A DNA stretch of 64,000 nt from a bacterium (GCA_963681965.1 OY820579.1:1728001-1792000); one strand, 5' to 3'; counted from the stretch's first letter, positions 33,109 to 43,900 are shown. Translations and numbers: made by a program. The notes: generated by a model from the sequence alone, not told the origin.

Positions 33109-33582
33109 ATGGAAGCAAAGTGTGTCAGCCGTTGGATTCGCGTCAGTCCGCAGAAAATGCGACTGTTGGCGGACATGGTACGCGGCAAGACAGTTAGCCA
33201 GGCAATCGATTTACTGCATTTCTCGCAGAAAACGACCGCACTTCCGATGGAAAAAGCGGTCCGAAGCGCCTTGGCGAACCTGTTGAACAAAGAGGATGCG
33301 CATAAAGTCGATGCCGACATCGTTCGGGTTGCCGAAGTGAATGTTCAAGCCGGTCCGACTTTGAAGCGTTGGTTACCACGGGCAATGGGACGTGCCACGC
33401 CACTGCTGAAGCGCAGTTGCCACATCTACATTCGGGTCGAAGAAGATCCGCGGATGCTGGCGAAGCGGGAGGCAGAAGAAACAGCCAAGCGTGCGACCCG
33501 AGTTCGCGGCAGCAGAACTTCGAAGAAGTCATCCAAAGAAGAAGCTTCGGCAGCGAAAGCTACCGAGACGACGCAGGAATAA
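33109..33582 (+). CDS. rplV: 50S ribosomal protein L22 with C-terminal extension
   Basis: RVSPQKMR, PRAMGRA; about 45 extra C-terminal residues. Confidence 0.95.
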   Translation: MEAKCVSRWIRVSPQKMRLLADMVRGKTVSQAIDLLHFSQKTTALPMEKAVRSALANLLNKEDAHKVDADIVRVAEVNVQAGPTLKRWLPRAMGRATPLLKRSCHIYIRVEEDPRMLAKREAEETAKRATRVRGSRTSKKSSKEEASAAKATETTQE

Positions 33583-33591
33583 GGAGGCGGA

Positions 33592-34248
33592 GTGGGACAG
33601 AAGACGAATCCCGTCGGATTGCGATTAGGCGTTAACCGAACGTGGAACTCGAACTGGTTTGACGAGCAGGATTTTGCCGGCAAGTTGCAGGAAGATGGCA
33701 AAGTACGCCGTTATTTGAAAAACCGCCTGCAGAACGCCAGCATCGCTCGGATCGATATCGAACGACAAGGTCGTCAGTCACTTAAGGTGATTGTACACTC
33801 GGCTCGTCCAGGTGTAGTGATCGGTCGCAAGGGTCAGCAGGTTGACCAGATCAAAGAAGAGTTGACTAAGTTGACCTCGAAAAACGTCGCACTCGATATT
33901 ATCGAAGTTCGCCGCCCCGAAATCGAAGCGCAATTGGTCGCCGATAGTATCGCGAATCAGTTAACCGGTAAGGTCAGCTTCCGTCGCGCGATGAAGAAGG
34001 CAATTCAATCTGCCCGTCGGCTTGGCGCCGAAGGGATCAAAATCACCTGTTCCGGTCGATTGGGTGGCGCCGAAATGGCACGTACCGAATCGTACAAGGA
34101 AGGTCGGATTCCGCTTCACACGCTTCGTGCAATCATCGATTTCGCTCGCGGTACTTCGGTCACTGCGTACGGTACGATCGGCGTGAAAGTATGGATCTGC
34201 AAAGGTGAAGTACTGGGTAAGTGGTCATCGGTTCAAATGCAGCAATAA
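33592..34248 (+). CDS. rpsC: 30S ribosomal protein S3
   Basis: GQKTNPVGLRLG, GRLGGAEMAR. Confidence 0.98.
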   Translation: MGQKTNPVGLRLGVNRTWNSNWFDEQDFAGKLQEDGKVRRYLKNRLQNASIARIDIERQGRQSLKVIVHSARPGVVIGRKGQQVDQIKEELTKLTSKNVALDIIEVRRPEIEAQLVADSIANQLTGKVSFRRAMKKAIQSARRLGAEGIKITCSGRLGGAEMARTESYKEGRIPLHTLRAIIDFARGTSVTAYGTIGVKVWICKGEVLGKWSSVQMQQ

Positions 34249-34301
34249 TAGTTTTCATTCGGAGGTTGGACATCGGTCCGACCGAATGAGCGAGATAAGA
34301 A

Positions 34302-34718
34302 ATGTTAGCACCGAAGAGAATCAAATATCGTAAACAGCAGCGCGGTCGTATGAACGGCTTGGCGTATCGCGGTTCCGAAGTATCGTTCGGCGAATTCGGA
34401 CTGAAAGCGCTTGAACCGGGTTGGATTACCGCACGTCAGATCGAAGCTGCCCGTATCGCAATTTCCCGCCACGTCAAACGCGGTGGAAAAATCTGGATCC
34501 GGTTGTTCCCGGATAAGCCCGTCACCTCGAAACCTGCCGAAACTCGAATGGGTAAAGGAAAAGGCGCTCCCGAATTTTGGGTAGCAGTGGTGAAGCCGGG
34601 TCGCGTGATGTTCGAAATCGAAGGGATCGCGCCGGATATGGCGAAAGCGGCATTGCAGTTGGCATCTCAGAAACTTCCGATCAACTGCAAAGTGGTCGAG
34701 CGGGAGGAGTTGATATGA
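34302..34718 (+). CDS. rplP: 50S ribosomal protein L16
   Basis: QIEAAR, RMGKGKG. Confidence 0.98.
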   Translation: MLAPKRIKYRKQQRGRMNGLAYRGSEVSFGEFGLKALEPGWITARQIEAARIAISRHVKRGGKIWIRLFPDKPVTSKPAETRMGKGKGAPEFWVAVVKPGRVMFEIEGIAPDMAKAALQLASQKLPINCKVVEREELI

Positions 34719-34930
34719 AATTGCATGAACTGGCAGAACTTCAGCCGGATCAGCTTGCGCTTAAATTGGCTGAATTGAAACACGACCTAGCCGAATTAAA
34801 GTTCGGTCGGGCGGCGCAACCGTTGGACAATCCGTTGCGGCTTCGCATCCTTCGGCGCGATATTGCAAAAGCAGAGACGTTGTTGAAAGAGTACGCAGCC
34901 GGCACCCGGACGCCGAAATTAGCGCAATAA
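34715..34930 (+). CDS. rpmC: 50S ribosomal protein L29
   Basis: MKLHEL...[16 protein letters not shown]; ATGA overlap with rplP. Confidence 0.93.
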   Translation: MKLHELAELQPDQLALKLAELKHDLAELKFGRAAQPLDNPLRLRILRRDIAKAETLLKEYAAGTRTPKLAQ

Positions 34931-34989
34931 CTCAGGATTGGCGCAGTTAGTTTTGGCGCCTCCGATCAAAGGAATTTCGGACAGGAATT

Positions 34990-35250
34990 ATGGAACAGAC
35001 TCGTGGACATCGAAAAATAAGAGTCGGTCGCGTTGTTACCAGCAAGATGGATAAAACCATCGGGGTAGCAGTGGAACGGCGGATCGCCCACCCGTTGTAC
35101 GGGAAATTCGTTCGCCGTACATCGAAACTCTACGCACACGACGAACAGAACGTTGCAGGTGTAGGCGATGTAGTCAAGGTGATGGAGACGCGACCGCTGT
35201 CGAAAATGAAACGGTGGCGGCTGGTCGAAATCGTCGAAAAGGCGAAATAA
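34990..35250 (+). CDS. rpsQ: 30S ribosomal protein S17
   Basis: KMDKTI, HPLYGK, ETRPLSK. Confidence 0.98.
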   Translation: MEQTRGHRKIRVGRVVTSKMDKTIGVAVERRIAHPLYGKFVRRTSKLYAHDEQNVAGVGDVVKVMETRPLSKMKRWRLVEIVEKAK

Positions 35251-35268
35251 CCCGGTAGGTAATCAATC

Positions 35269-35637
35269 ATGATTCGCGAACAGACGCAATTAACGGTAGC
35301 GGACAATACGGGAGCCAAGGTAGTCGAGTGCTTCCGACTCTATGGTGGTTCGTGGCGCCGTTCTGCACACATCGGTGACATCATTATGGTTAGCGTCAAA
35401 AGCGCCATTCCCGGTGGTCAGGTAAAAAAGGGACAGAAAACCAAAGCGGTCGTTGTCCGTACAGCGAAAGAACTCCGACGCAAAGACGGTAGTTACATTC
35501 GGTTTGACGATAACGCCTGCGTATTGCTCGACGACAAACTTGAACCGCGCGGTACCCGTATTTTCGGTCCGGTGGCTCGCGAGTTGCGCGATCGTCAGCA
35601 GATGAAAATTATTTCGCTGGCGCCGGAAGTCCTCTAA
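35269..35637 (+). CDS. rplN: 50S ribosomal protein L14
   Basis: [27 protein letters not shown]. Confidence 0.98.
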   Translation: MIREQTQLTVADNTGAKVVECFRLYGGSWRRSAHIGDIIMVSVKSAIPGGQVKKGQKTKAVVVRTAKELRRKDGSYIRFDDNACVLLDDKLEPRGTRIFGPVARELRDRQQMKIISLAPEVL

Positions 35638-35660
35638 GCGCGGTGAAGGAGTAAGCAAAA

Positions 35661-35978
35661 ATGCATGTGCGTAAAAACGACATGGTGCTGGTACTGACCG
35701 GAAACGACTCCGGCAAGCGCGGTCGCGTATTGAAAGTGTACCCGAAGAAGGGTCAAGTCGTGGTCGAAGGCGTACGCTTTATCAAGCGTCACACCAAGCC
35801 TAGCCAAACGTTGCCGAATGGCGGAATCATCGAACGCGAAGCACCGATCAGTGTGACCAACGTTATGGTGATCGATCCCCAGACCAACAAGCCGACTCGC
35901 GTTGGACACAAGCGAATCGACGAAGGCGGCAAACGGCGGTCGGTACGAGTCAGTAAGAAGAGTGGAAACTCGTTTTAA
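35661..35978 (+). CDS. rplX: 50S ribosomal protein L24
   Basis: KOW motif, GGIIEREAPI. Confidence 0.96.
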   Translation: MHVRKNDMVLVLTGNDSGKRGRVLKVYPKKGQVVVEGVRFIKRHTKPSQTLPNGGIIEREAPISVTNVMVIDPQTNKPTRVGHKRIDEGGKRRSVRVSKKSGNSF

Positions 35979-36067
35979 TCGGATTGTCCGGTAACATTCC
36001 GGCGATCGGAAAGTATCGCGCCGTCATTCTGGTGGTTTCACTATGGGTCGGCGGAGGAGAACGATAA

Positions 36068-36817
36068 GTGGCGAAGGACGATAAGAGCAAGAAGGGTGGC
36101 AGCGCGAAACCTGGTAGCGCGAAACCCGCAGCAAAGGGTGGCAAACCACCGGCTCAGCAAAGCAAGAAAGCTTCGAGTGGTGGAAAGTCTGCTGTCGCAG
36201 CAACTGCACCTGCTGGTGGTGGACATAAGGAAGTACCGGCTGGTTATATTCCCCGGATGCAGACCGTGTATCACGAAAAAGTGGTGCCCGCGTTAATGGA
36301 AAAACTGCAACTGAAAAACCGGATGCAAGTGCCGCGCTTGAATAAAGTCGTGATCAACGTCGGTGTCGGCAAGGGTCATGAAGAAGCCAAGTTGCTGGAT
36401 AGCGTTGTCGGCGAAGTGTCATCCATTACCGGTATGAAACCGCTGGTGACCAAAGCGAAGAAATCGATTTCGAATTTCAAGCTTCGCGAAGGGATGCCGA
36501 TCGGTGTGAAAGTTACTTTGCGACGCAAGCTGATGTGGGAATTTCTTGATCGCTTGTTCAACCTTGCCATTCCGCGTATCCGCGACTTTCGCGGTGTCAG
36601 CGACAAATCGTTCGATGGACGCGGCAATTATACGTTAGGTGTCAAAGAGCAGATTATCTTTCCTGAAATCAATTACGATTCAGTCGAGAAACTGCACGGT
36701 ATGGACATTACGTTCGTTACCACCGCTCGTACTGACGAGCATGCACGTGAATTTCTCCGGGAATTGGGCATGCCATTCCGCAAGAAAGAAACAGCCGCCA
36801 ATAAGGCAGCAATGTAA
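36068..36817 (+). CDS. rplE: 50S ribosomal protein L5 with about 60-aa N-terminal extension
   Basis: [23 protein letters not shown]; GGAGG SD before GTG 36068. Confidence 0.95.
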   Translation: MAKDDKSKKGGSAKPGSAKPAAKGGKPPAQQSKKASSGGKSAVAATAPAGGGHKEVPAGYIPRMQTVYHEKVVPALMEKLQLKNRMQVPRLNKVVINVGVGKGHEEAKLLDSVVGEVSSITGMKPLVTKAKKSISNFKLREGMPIGVKVTLRRKLMWEFLDRLFNLAIPRIRDFRGVSDKSFDGRGNYTLGVKEQIIFPEINYDSVEKLHGMDITFVTTARTDEHAREFLRELGMPFRKKETAANKAAM

Positions 36818-36876
36818 GACTGAGAGTGGAAGCCGAATTTGCGCTTCCCGAAGATGAAACGAAAGGACCATTCTGA

Positions 36877-37140
36877 ATGGCACGCTTGGCGATGAAAGTA
36901 AAGCAGGCGCGGATTGCCCAGAAGATAACTGAGGCACACGCGAAAGCCAAGGACCGGAAGGAATTCGCTGAATTGCTTACGAAACTGCCGTTGCAGTTTC
37001 ATCCGGTAAAAAGTCATAACCGTTGCCGCCGTTGCGGCCGGTCTCGTGCTTATTTGCGGCACTACGGCCTTTGCCGACTCTGTTTCCGCGATTCAGCACT
37101 GATGGGCGATATTCCTGGCGTAGTTAAGGCTAGTTGGTAA
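36877..37140 (+). CDS. rpsN: 30S ribosomal protein S14 (87 aa, with CxxC...CxxC)
   Basis: NRCRRCGR...GLCRLCFR...PGVVKASW. Confidence 0.96.
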   Translation: MARLAMKVKQARIAQKITEAHAKAKDRKEFAELLTKLPLQFHPVKSHNRCRRCGRSRAYLRHYGLCRLCFRDSALMGDIPGVVKASW

Positions 37141-37150
37141 AGGAGCGACA

Positions 37151-37546
37151 GTGGTTACCGATCCGATTGCGGACTTTTTGACGGCGATTCGTAACGCCCT
37201 GTCGGCGCGACATAAAACCGTCGACGTCCCGGCTTCGAAAATGAAAGAGGCGCTTGCGCAGATCCTGATGGATCAGAATTTTATTCGCGGCTTCAAACGA
37301 TACGAAGATGGACTTCAGGGAATCCTGCGGGTTCAGTTGAAGTACGACGAAGAAGGGATTCCGGCGATTACCGGAATCAAGCGGGCATCGACCCCCGGGC
37401 GACGCCGTTATGTGGGCAAGAGCGATATACCGCGTGTTATGAACCAGTTGGGCATTTCGATCATGACGACGCCGAAGGGCGTTATCACCGGCGGTCGAGC
37501 GCGACAGCTTGGAGTTGGTGGCGAAGTATTGTGCTACGTCTGGTAA
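37151..37546 (+). CDS. rpsH: 30S ribosomal protein S8
   Basis: DPIADFLTAIRN, GGEVLCYVW. Confidence 0.98.
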   Translation: MVTDPIADFLTAIRNALSARHKTVDVPASKMKEALAQILMDQNFIRGFKRYEDGLQGILRVQLKYDEEGIPAITGIKRASTPGRRRYVGKSDIPRVMNQLGISIMTTPKGVITGGRARQLGVGGEVLCYVW

Positions 37547-37574
37547 GCGCGAATAGAATTTAAAAGGTTGAACC

Positions 37575-38117
37575 ATGTCACGTATTGGAAAAAAACCGAT
37601 TCCATTGCCGAAAGGCGTTACCGTTACCGTAACGGATCGCACTGTGGCAGTGAAAGGTCCGCTAGGGCAGATGCAGCGCGTGCTGCCGGAGCGGGTGGCG
37701 GTTACGGTTGATGGCGCGGAAGTCAATGTGACCCGCGACGGCGACGATAAGACCGCACGTTCGATGCACGGTCTTGCCCGTACCTTGGTAGCAAATATGG
37801 TTACCGGTGTTTCGGCGGGATTTGTGAAGAACTTGGAAATTGTCGGTGTCGGCTACAAAGCGGAGAAAAAAGGGAATGACCTTGTGATGAGTCTTGGTTA
37901 TTCGCACCCGATCGAATTTGCTCCTCCGGAGGGGGTAACGATCGAAACTCCGAAGCTTACGCAGATTGTAATCAAAGCTTACGACAAGGAAGTACTCGGT
38001 ATGGTCGCTGCGACTATTCGCGGTTTCCGGAAACCTGAACCCTACAAGGGCAAAGGCATCAAGTACGAAAACGAGCGTATCCTTCGTAAAGCCGGCAAGA
38101 CTGGTAAGGGCAAGTAA
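37575..38117 (+). CDS. rplF: 50S ribosomal protein L6
   Basis: [15 protein letters not shown]. Confidence 0.98.
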   Translation: MSRIGKKPIPLPKGVTVTVTDRTVAVKGPLGQMQRVLPERVAVTVDGAEVNVTRDGDDKTARSMHGLARTLVANMVTGVSAGFVKNLEIVGVGYKAEKKGNDLVMSLGYSHPIEFAPPEGVTIETPKLTQIVIKAYDKEVLGMVAATIRGFRKPEPYKGKGIKYENERILRKAGKTGKGK

Positions 38118-38181
38118 AGCGAATCGTCTCGCGGCATGGCAGTCCAGCTAGAGGAATCATGCCGCCAAGGAGCGAGTAGGA

Positions 38182-38553
38182 ATGATTGAGAAATATCGTG
38201 AACAAAAGAGTATCGCACGGAATCGTCGCAAGCGACATATCCGGGCGAAAGTGAATGGAACCGGTGAGTGTCCGCGATTGGTAGTCTATCGGAGCATCTC
38301 CAAGATGTACTGCCAGTTGATCGACGATATCGCACATCGGTGCATTACCGGACTTTCGACGATGAATCCGGCTATTGCCGAAAAAGGCAAGCTTACGAAA
38401 ACCGCACAAAGCAAGGAACTGGGAATGGCAATTGCCGCAAAGGCGAAAGAATTGGGAATCACGCGCGTGGTTTTCGATCGTAACGGCTATCCCTATCACG
38501 GACGGGTTGCCGCTGTAGCAGACGGCGCACGGGAAGGAGGATTGATCCTGTGA
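38182..38553 (+). CDS. rplR: 50S ribosomal protein L18
   Basis: [21 protein letters not shown]. Confidence 0.97.
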   Translation: MIEKYREQKSIARNRRKRHIRAKVNGTGECPRLVVYRSISKMYCQLIDDIAHRCITGLSTMNPAIAEKGKLTKTAQSKELGMAIAAKAKELGITRVVFDRNGYPYHGRVAAVADGAREGGLIL

Positions 38554-39224
38554 GCGAACTGACCGAACAAAACTTGGAACATCCGACCCCGATGCCGGTG
38601 GAAGCAACTGAACCGACGGAACCCCGTCGCGAACGATCAGAACGCGGCGAGCGCGGTGAACGTGGCGAGCGTGGCGAACGCGGTCGTAGAGATCGCAACC
38701 GCGGTGGCGACGATCACGAATCGATGTTGATCGAAAAAGTCGTACATGTCAATCGCGTTGCAAAAGTTGTAAAAGGTGGTCGAAATTTCTCGTTCAACGC
38801 ACTGGTTGTTGTCGGTGACGGCAAAGGCAAAGTGGGATTTGGACTGGGTAAAGCCAACGAAGTAGCAGATGCAATTTCTAAGGGTACCGAACTTGCAAAA
38901 CGTGCGATGAAACGCTATCCAATGGTTGGAACGACGTTGCCGCATGAAATTATGGGTCGGTACGGCGCCGGTAAAGTGAAGTTGAAACCAGCTTCCCCCG
39001 GTACCGGTGTAATTGCCGGTGGTGCCGTTCGTGCGATCATGGAAGCTTTCGGCGTCCGCGATGTATTGACGAAGGTGTTGGGTTCGACTAATCCGCACAA
39101 CGTGGTAAAAGCCGTATTTGCCGGTCTCGAAGGCGCACTCGATATTACTACGCTGGTGCGTAAACGCGGAGTAACCGTTCGTCAGATTTTTGCTTCGGGC
39201 GCGTTGCGCGAGGAGGCGAAATAA
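38550..39224 (+). CDS. rpsE: 30S ribosomal protein S5 with N-terminal extension
   Basis: [20 protein letters not shown]. Confidence 0.97.
   Translation: MSELTEQNLEHPTPMPVEATEPTEPRRERSERGERGERGERGERGRRDRNRGGDDHESMLIEKVVHVNRVAKVVKGGRNFSFNALVVVGDGKGKVGFGLGKANEVADAISKGTELAKRAMKRYPMVGTTLPHEIMGRYGAGKVKLKPASPGTGVIAGGAVRAIMEAFGVRDVLTKVLGSTNPHNVVKAVFAGLEGALDITTLVRKRGVTVRQIFASGALREEAK
38640..38684 (+). repeat. In-frame (Glu-Arg-Gly)x5 repeat in rpsE
   Basis: GAACGCGGC GAGCGCGGT GAACGTGGC GAGCGTGGC GAACGCGGT. Confidence 0.9.
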
Positions 39225-39226
39225 TC

Positions 39227-39421
39227 ATGGCACTCTTAAAGATTACTTACGTGAAAAGCAAGATCGACTGCACTGTACGGATGAAACGTACTGTCGAAGC
39301 ACTCGGTTTTAAGAAGTTGAATTCGCAAGTGATTCATCCAGACTCCCCGGCAATTCGCGGCATGATCGCGAAAATTCCGCACCTCTTGAAGGTGGAAGAA
39401 CTGCCGGACGAGGCGAAGTAA
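39227..39421 (+). CDS. rpmD: 50S ribosomal protein L30
   Basis: LKITYVKS...AIRGMI; position between rpsE and rplO. Confidence 0.95.
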   Translation: MALLKITYVKSKIDCTVRMKRTVEALGFKKLNSQVIHPDSPAIRGMIAKIPHLLKVEELPDEAK

Positions 39422-39433
39422 AGGGGCAGCGAA

Positions 39434-39889
39434 GTGGGTACGACATTAGGAAATCTTAAACCAGCGCCGGGCGCTGTAAAAAAGACAAAGCGAATTGCTC
39501 GCGGCTACGGCAGTGGTCACGGTCGAACGGCGACCCGTGGTGGCAAAGGGCAAACCGCTCGAACTGGAAATAGCGATAAATCCGGTTTCGAAGGCGGACA
39601 GATGCCGATGTACCGACGGTTGCCGAAACGTGGTTTTAAAAATCCGTTCCGCGTTGTATATCAAGTGGTAAATGTTGGACTTTTGGATCGATTCGACGGC
39701 GAAGTGACTCGAGAGGTTTTGGATAAAGCTGGTTTGATTGCACTCTCGAAGGGTCCGATTAAAATTTTGGGTCAGGGCGACATTACGAAAGCTCTGAAGG
39801 TAACTGCAGATTCCGCCTCGTCGTCCGCGATCGAGAAGATCAAGGCAGCAGGCGGCGAAGTCGTGTTGACCAAGCCATTGAGCGAGTGA
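39434..39889 (+). CDS. rplO: 50S ribosomal protein L15
   Basis: GFEGGQMPMYRRLPKRGF. Confidence 0.98.
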   Translation: MGTTLGNLKPAPGAVKKTKRIARGYGSGHGRTATRGGKGQTARTGNSDKSGFEGGQMPMYRRLPKRGFKNPFRVVYQVVNVGLLDRFDGEVTREVLDKAGLIALSKGPIKILGQGDITKALKVTADSASSSAIEKIKAAGGEVVLTKPLSE

Positions 39890-39893
39890 TCGC

Positions 39894-41234
39894 ATGCTAC
39901 AAACTCTGCGCAACATATTCAATATTCCGGAACTGAAGCGACGCCTTCTGTTTACGCTAGGCTGCTTCGTGGTTTACCGGTTGGGTGCTCACGTACCTGT
40001 ACCGATGATCGACCGCGATGCGCTAGCCGCTGCTTTCGAACTGCAAAAAGGGACGCTGTTCGGTCTCTATGACATGTTCGCCGGCGGTAACTTTGGAAAG
40101 GCGACGGTCTTCGCAGCCGGTATTATGCCGTACATCTCTGCTTCGATTATTCTACAATTGTTGGGAACGGTTATTCCCACATTGCAGAAATTGCAGCAGG
40201 AAGGTGAAGAAGGGCGTAAAAAAATCACGCAATGGACCCGCTATTTGACGGTCGCCATTGCTGCCATGCAGTCGGTTGGTATTGCCGCGTTTTTGGCTTC
40301 ATTGGAAGCCAGCGGTCGTCCGGTAGTACCGGGTGGCGCGTCGCTCGGTTTTTATCTATTGACGATGATCACGATGACAACCGGTACGATGTTTATCATG
40401 TGGCTCGGTGAGCGAATCACCGAACGCGGTATCGGTAACGGTATATCGTTAATCATTTTTATCGGTATTATCGATCGAATTCCGTGGGCGTTCCTCGACG
40501 AATTCCAGATGCTTACCAAGGGTATTCATGGAATCGTCCGCGTCTCTGCATTGCTAGTGATGATGTACTTCTCGATCGTTGCCGTGGTTTACTTGACACA
40601 GGGTGTCCGTAAGATACCGGTGCAGTATGCCAAGCGCATGGTCGGACGCAAGATGATGGGTGGTCAATCGACGCATATTCCGTTGCGGGTCAATACCGCC
40701 GGTGTTATGCCGATCATTTTCGCCCAGACAATCATGTTTGTCCCGTCGACGTTGGCATCCTTTTTACCGGATGATATGGAACTGCGAAATTGGCTCCATT
40801 CCGCCTTTACGTACGACAGTTTCGTTTACATGTTTATTTATGCTACATTGATCGTTTTCTTCACCTATTTCTATACGGCAGTTGCGTTCAATCCTACGGA
40901 TGTCGCCAACAACCTGAAGAAACACGGCGGATTGATCCCCGCAGTGAAACCGGGTAAGAAAACATCCGATTATCTGGACAATATTCTCTCCCGAATTACG
41001 CTTCCAGGCGCGATCGCCTTAGCGCTGGTTGCGATTGTACCGACGATTGTCTCGAAGTACATGGGTGTGAGTTACAATTTCGCGGCATTTTACGGCGGTA
41101 CCGGTTTGTTGATTTTGGTAGGCGTGGCATTGGATACGCTGCAACAGATCGAATCTCATTTGCTGATGCGGCATTACGACGGGTTAATGAAGTCGGGCAG
41201 AATTCGCGGCAGGGCTTCGACACGACGGATGTAA
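39894..41234 (+). CDS. secY: Preprotein translocase subunit SecY
   Basis: GIMPYISASII, GIGNGISL, AGVMPIIFA. Confidence 0.98.
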   Translation: MLQTLRNIFNIPELKRRLLFTLGCFVVYRLGAHVPVPMIDRDALAAAFELQKGTLFGLYDMFAGGNFGKATVFAAGIMPYISASIILQLLGTVIPTLQKLQQEGEEGRKKITQWTRYLTVAIAAMQSVGIAAFLASLEASGRPVVPGGASLGFYLLTMITMTTGTMFIMWLGERITERGIGNGISLIIFIGIIDRIPWAFLDEFQMLTKGIHGIVRVSALLVMMYFSIVAVVYLTQGVRKIPVQYAKRMVGRKMMGGQSTHIPLRVNTAGVMPIIFAQTIMFVPSTLASFLPDDMELRNWLHSAFTYDSFVYMFIYATLIVFFTYFYTAVAFNPTDVANNLKKHGGLIPAVKPGKKTSDYLDNILSRITLPGAIALALVAIVPTIVSKYMGVSYNFAAFYGGTGLLILVGVALDTLQQIESHLLMRHYDGLMKSGRIRGRASTRRM

Positions 41235-41235
41235 C

Positions 41236-41868
41236 ATGAATGCAATTCTCCTTGGCGCACCGGGAGTTGGTAAAGGGACGCAAGCTCAACTACTGACTGA
41301 GCGCGACGGCTTTGTACAACTAAGTACTGGCGACATCTTGAGGACCGAGATCGCAAATGGCAGCGAGTTAGGTCTTTCCGCCAAGGGTTTTATGGATCGC
41401 GGTGAATTGGTCCCCGATTCCGTGATCTTAAATATTGTTTCTTTGCGGCTGGATAAGAATAAATCTTTTTTGTTCGACGGTTTTCCGCGAACAGTGCCGC
41501 AAGCGGATGGGTTATCGAATTTGTTAACTAGCCGCGGAATGAAATTAGATTATGTGATTTCTTTGGAATTACCGGTTGAAGCAATCGTAGAGCGGTTATC
41601 CGCTCGGCGAGTAGCGCTCAAATCCGGTCGGGTGTACAACCTGTTGTTCAATCCGCCGAAAGTCGAGGGCATTTGCGACATTTCCGGCGAATCGTTGATC
41701 CAGCGATCCGACGATAAACCGGAAGCAATTCTGGTGCGATTGAACGAGTACAATATGAAAACCGAACCGCTGAAAAAATATTACGAGCAGCGAATCGGCG
41801 TAGCCAGTGTGAATGCCGATGGCGATATGGAAACAGTCTATCGTCGGGTGAAAGCAGCATTGACATGA
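41236..41868 (+). CDS. adk: Adenylate kinase
   Basis: GAPGVGKGTQ, DGFPR; long LID lacking the full Zn motif. Confidence 0.97.
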   Translation: MNAILLGAPGVGKGTQAQLLTERDGFVQLSTGDILRTEIANGSELGLSAKGFMDRGELVPDSVILNIVSLRLDKNKSFLFDGFPRTVPQADGLSNLLTSRGMKLDYVISLELPVEAIVERLSARRVALKSGRVYNLLFNPPKVEGICDISGESLIQRSDDKPEAILVRLNEYNMKTEPLKKYYEQRIGVASVNADGDMETVYRRVKAALT

Positions 41869-42632
41869 TTAAGTTGAAATCGCCCAAAGAGATCGATAAG
41901 ATCAGGAAGGCGAGTGTGATCGTCGCGGAAGCTTTGGATTTAGCTGCGACGATGATTGCGCCGGGTATTACGACCGGCGAAATTGATCGAGCGGTGGAAG
42001 CGTATATACGCTCCAGGAACGGTCGACCGGCATTTAAAGGGTATGGCGATCGCAGCCACCCCTTTCCGGCGGCAACATGCATCTCGATCGATGAAGAAGT
42101 TGTTCACGGGATTCCCGGACCCCGTCAATTGGAACCGGGAACGATTGTTGGAATTGACATTGGCGTAGAACTGGACGGTTATTTTGGCGACAGCGCACGT
42201 ACGTTCGCAGTTGGTGAAATCTCCGAAGAGAAACAACGCCTGATGACAGCAACCTTGGATGCGCTTGAGCTGGCTATCGCGGCTATTGTACCGAATGAAT
42301 CCCGATTATCCGATATCGGATACACGGTACAAAGTCGGGTTGAGCGTGAGGGGTTCAGTGTAGTACGAGATCTGGTCGGACATGGGATCGGCAAGCAGCT
42401 CCACGAGGAGCCGCAAGTTCCGAACTACGGCTCACCGGGTCGTGGTGTGGTTCTGAAGCCGGGGATGACTCTGGCGATAGAACCGATGATCAATGCCGGT
42501 ACTTACATGGTGAAAGTCCTACGGGACGGCTGGACGGTGGTAACTGCCGATGGCAAACCATCCGCCCATTTTGAGCATACAGTGGCGATCACTGAGACTG
42601 GTACGGTACGTCTGACAGTATCCGGTGAATAA
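41865..42632 (+). CDS. map: Methionine aminopeptidase type I
   Basis: VVHGIP, GHGIG, AIEPM, SAHFEHT. Confidence 0.97.
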   Translation: MIKLKSPKEIDKIRKASVIVAEALDLAATMIAPGITTGEIDRAVEAYIRSRNGRPAFKGYGDRSHPFPAATCISIDEEVVHGIPGPRQLEPGTIVGIDIGVELDGYFGDSARTFAVGEISEEKQRLMTATLDALELAIAAIVPNESRLSDIGYTVQSRVEREGFSVVRDLVGHGIGKQLHEEPQVPNYGSPGRGVVLKPGMTLAIEPMINAGTYMVKVLRDGWTVVTADGKPSAHFEHTVAITETGTVRLTVSGE

Positions 42633-42649
42633 GGGAGCGCTAAATAAGA

Positions 42650-42868
42650 ATGGGTAACGACGCTTCGATAAAGATGGATGGCGTGATAGTCGAGTCGTTG
42701 CCGAATGCGACGTTCCGGGTTGAACTTGAAAAAGGTCATATTGTTCTGGCGCATATTTCCGGTAAAATGAGGATGAATTTCATCAAAATTTTACCCGGCG
42801 ACAAAGTGACTGTCGAAATCAGCCCCTACGACTTGAAGCGCGGACGCATCATTTATCGATACAAGTGA
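42650..42868 (+). CDS. infA: Translation initiation factor IF-1
   Basis: [21 protein letters not shown]. Confidence 0.98.
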   Translation: MGNDASIKMDGVIVESLPNATFRVELEKGHIVLAHISGKMRMNFIKILPGDKVTVEISPYDLKRGRIIYRYK

Positions 42869-42884
42869 GGATTAAGGAGGAGTC

Positions 42885-43001
42885 ATGAAAGTTCGACCCT
42901 CGGTGAAAAAGATTTGCGACGCTTGCAAAATTATCAAGCGCAACGGTGTGGTGCGGGTCATCTGCTCCAAGAAGCCGAAGCATAAGCAGCGTCAAGGTTG
43001 A
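42885..43001 (+). CDS. rpmJ: 50S ribosomal protein L36, Zn-ribbon type (absent from ORF track)
   Basis: Manual translation [38 protein letters not shown]; AAGGAGG SD. Confidence 0.97.
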   Translation: MKVRPSVKKICDACKIIKRNGVVRVICSKKPKHKQRQG

Positions 43002-43031
43002 TACATCGAAAGCAGTTAGAGAGGAGAAGTC

Positions 43032-43412
43032 GTGGCACGTATCGCGGGCGTAGATCTTCCACGCAATAAACGGATCGAAATCGCGTTGCGCTACATTTAC
43101 GGCATTGGGCCGTCGGTGGCGCGTAAGATCCTGGCGGATACCGGAGTCAATCCCGGCAAAAAAGCCGGTGATCTCAACGATGAGGAATTGAACAAGATCC
43201 GTAATGCGATCTCCGCAGAGTTTAAAGTAGAAGGCGCGTTGCGTTCGGAAGTTCAGATGAACATCAAACGATTGATGGACATCGCCTGTTACCGTGGATT
43301 GCGGCATCGCCGAGGTTTGCCGGTACGCGGGCAGAACACCAAGAACAATTCGCGAACCCGTAAAGGGAAGCGAAAGACCATCGCCGGCAAGGCTACGGCG
43401 CCGAAGAAGTAA
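43032..43412 (+). CDS. rpsM: 30S ribosomal protein S13
   Basis: [16 protein letters not shown]. Confidence 0.98.
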   Translation: MARIAGVDLPRNKRIEIALRYIYGIGPSVARKILADTGVNPGKKAGDLNDEELNKIRNAISAEFKVEGALRSEVQMNIKRLMDIACYRGLRHRRGLPVRGQNTKNNSRTRKGKRKTIAGKATAPKK

Positions 43413-43510
43413 ACATCGGTGCGTTCGTTCGACGGAGCTTACCCGGGTGATACCGGGAGCTGTCGAATTGTAATGTACGACAGTGAGTTGGCTGGTTAAG
43501 GAGCGAGTTC

Positions 43511-43900
43511 GTGGCAACTCCCAAAAAGAAAAAAACGAAGAAACGTGAGAAGGTGGAAGCCGCTGGTGCGGCTTTTATCCAGGCATCGTTCAATAACACG
43601 ATTATCACGTTGACCGATCAGTACGGCAACACGATTTCGTGGTCTTCCGCCGGTAAGATGGGCTTCCGCGGAAGTCGTAAGAATACACCGTTCGCCGCTC
43701 AACAAGCGGCGCAGCAGGCAGCGAAGACCGCGATCGATCTCGGACTTCGCAAGGTGGCGATTTCGGTGAAAGGACCGGGTGGCGGACGCGAATCGGCGGT
43801 ACGCGCATTGGCGGCTGCCGGGCTGCAGGTTTTGTCGATCGTAGATGTCACACCGTTGCCGCATAACGGTTGCCGACCCAAGAAACGTCGGCGCGTCTAA
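43511..43900 (+). CDS. rpsK: 30S ribosomal protein S11
   Basis: [17 protein letters not shown]. Confidence 0.98.
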   Translation: MATPKKKKTKKREKVEAAGAAFIQASFNNTIITLTDQYGNTISWSSAGKMGFRGSRKNTPFAAQQAAQQAAKTAIDLGLRKVAISVKGPGGGRESAVRALAAAGLQVLSIVDVTPLPHNGCRPKKRRRV

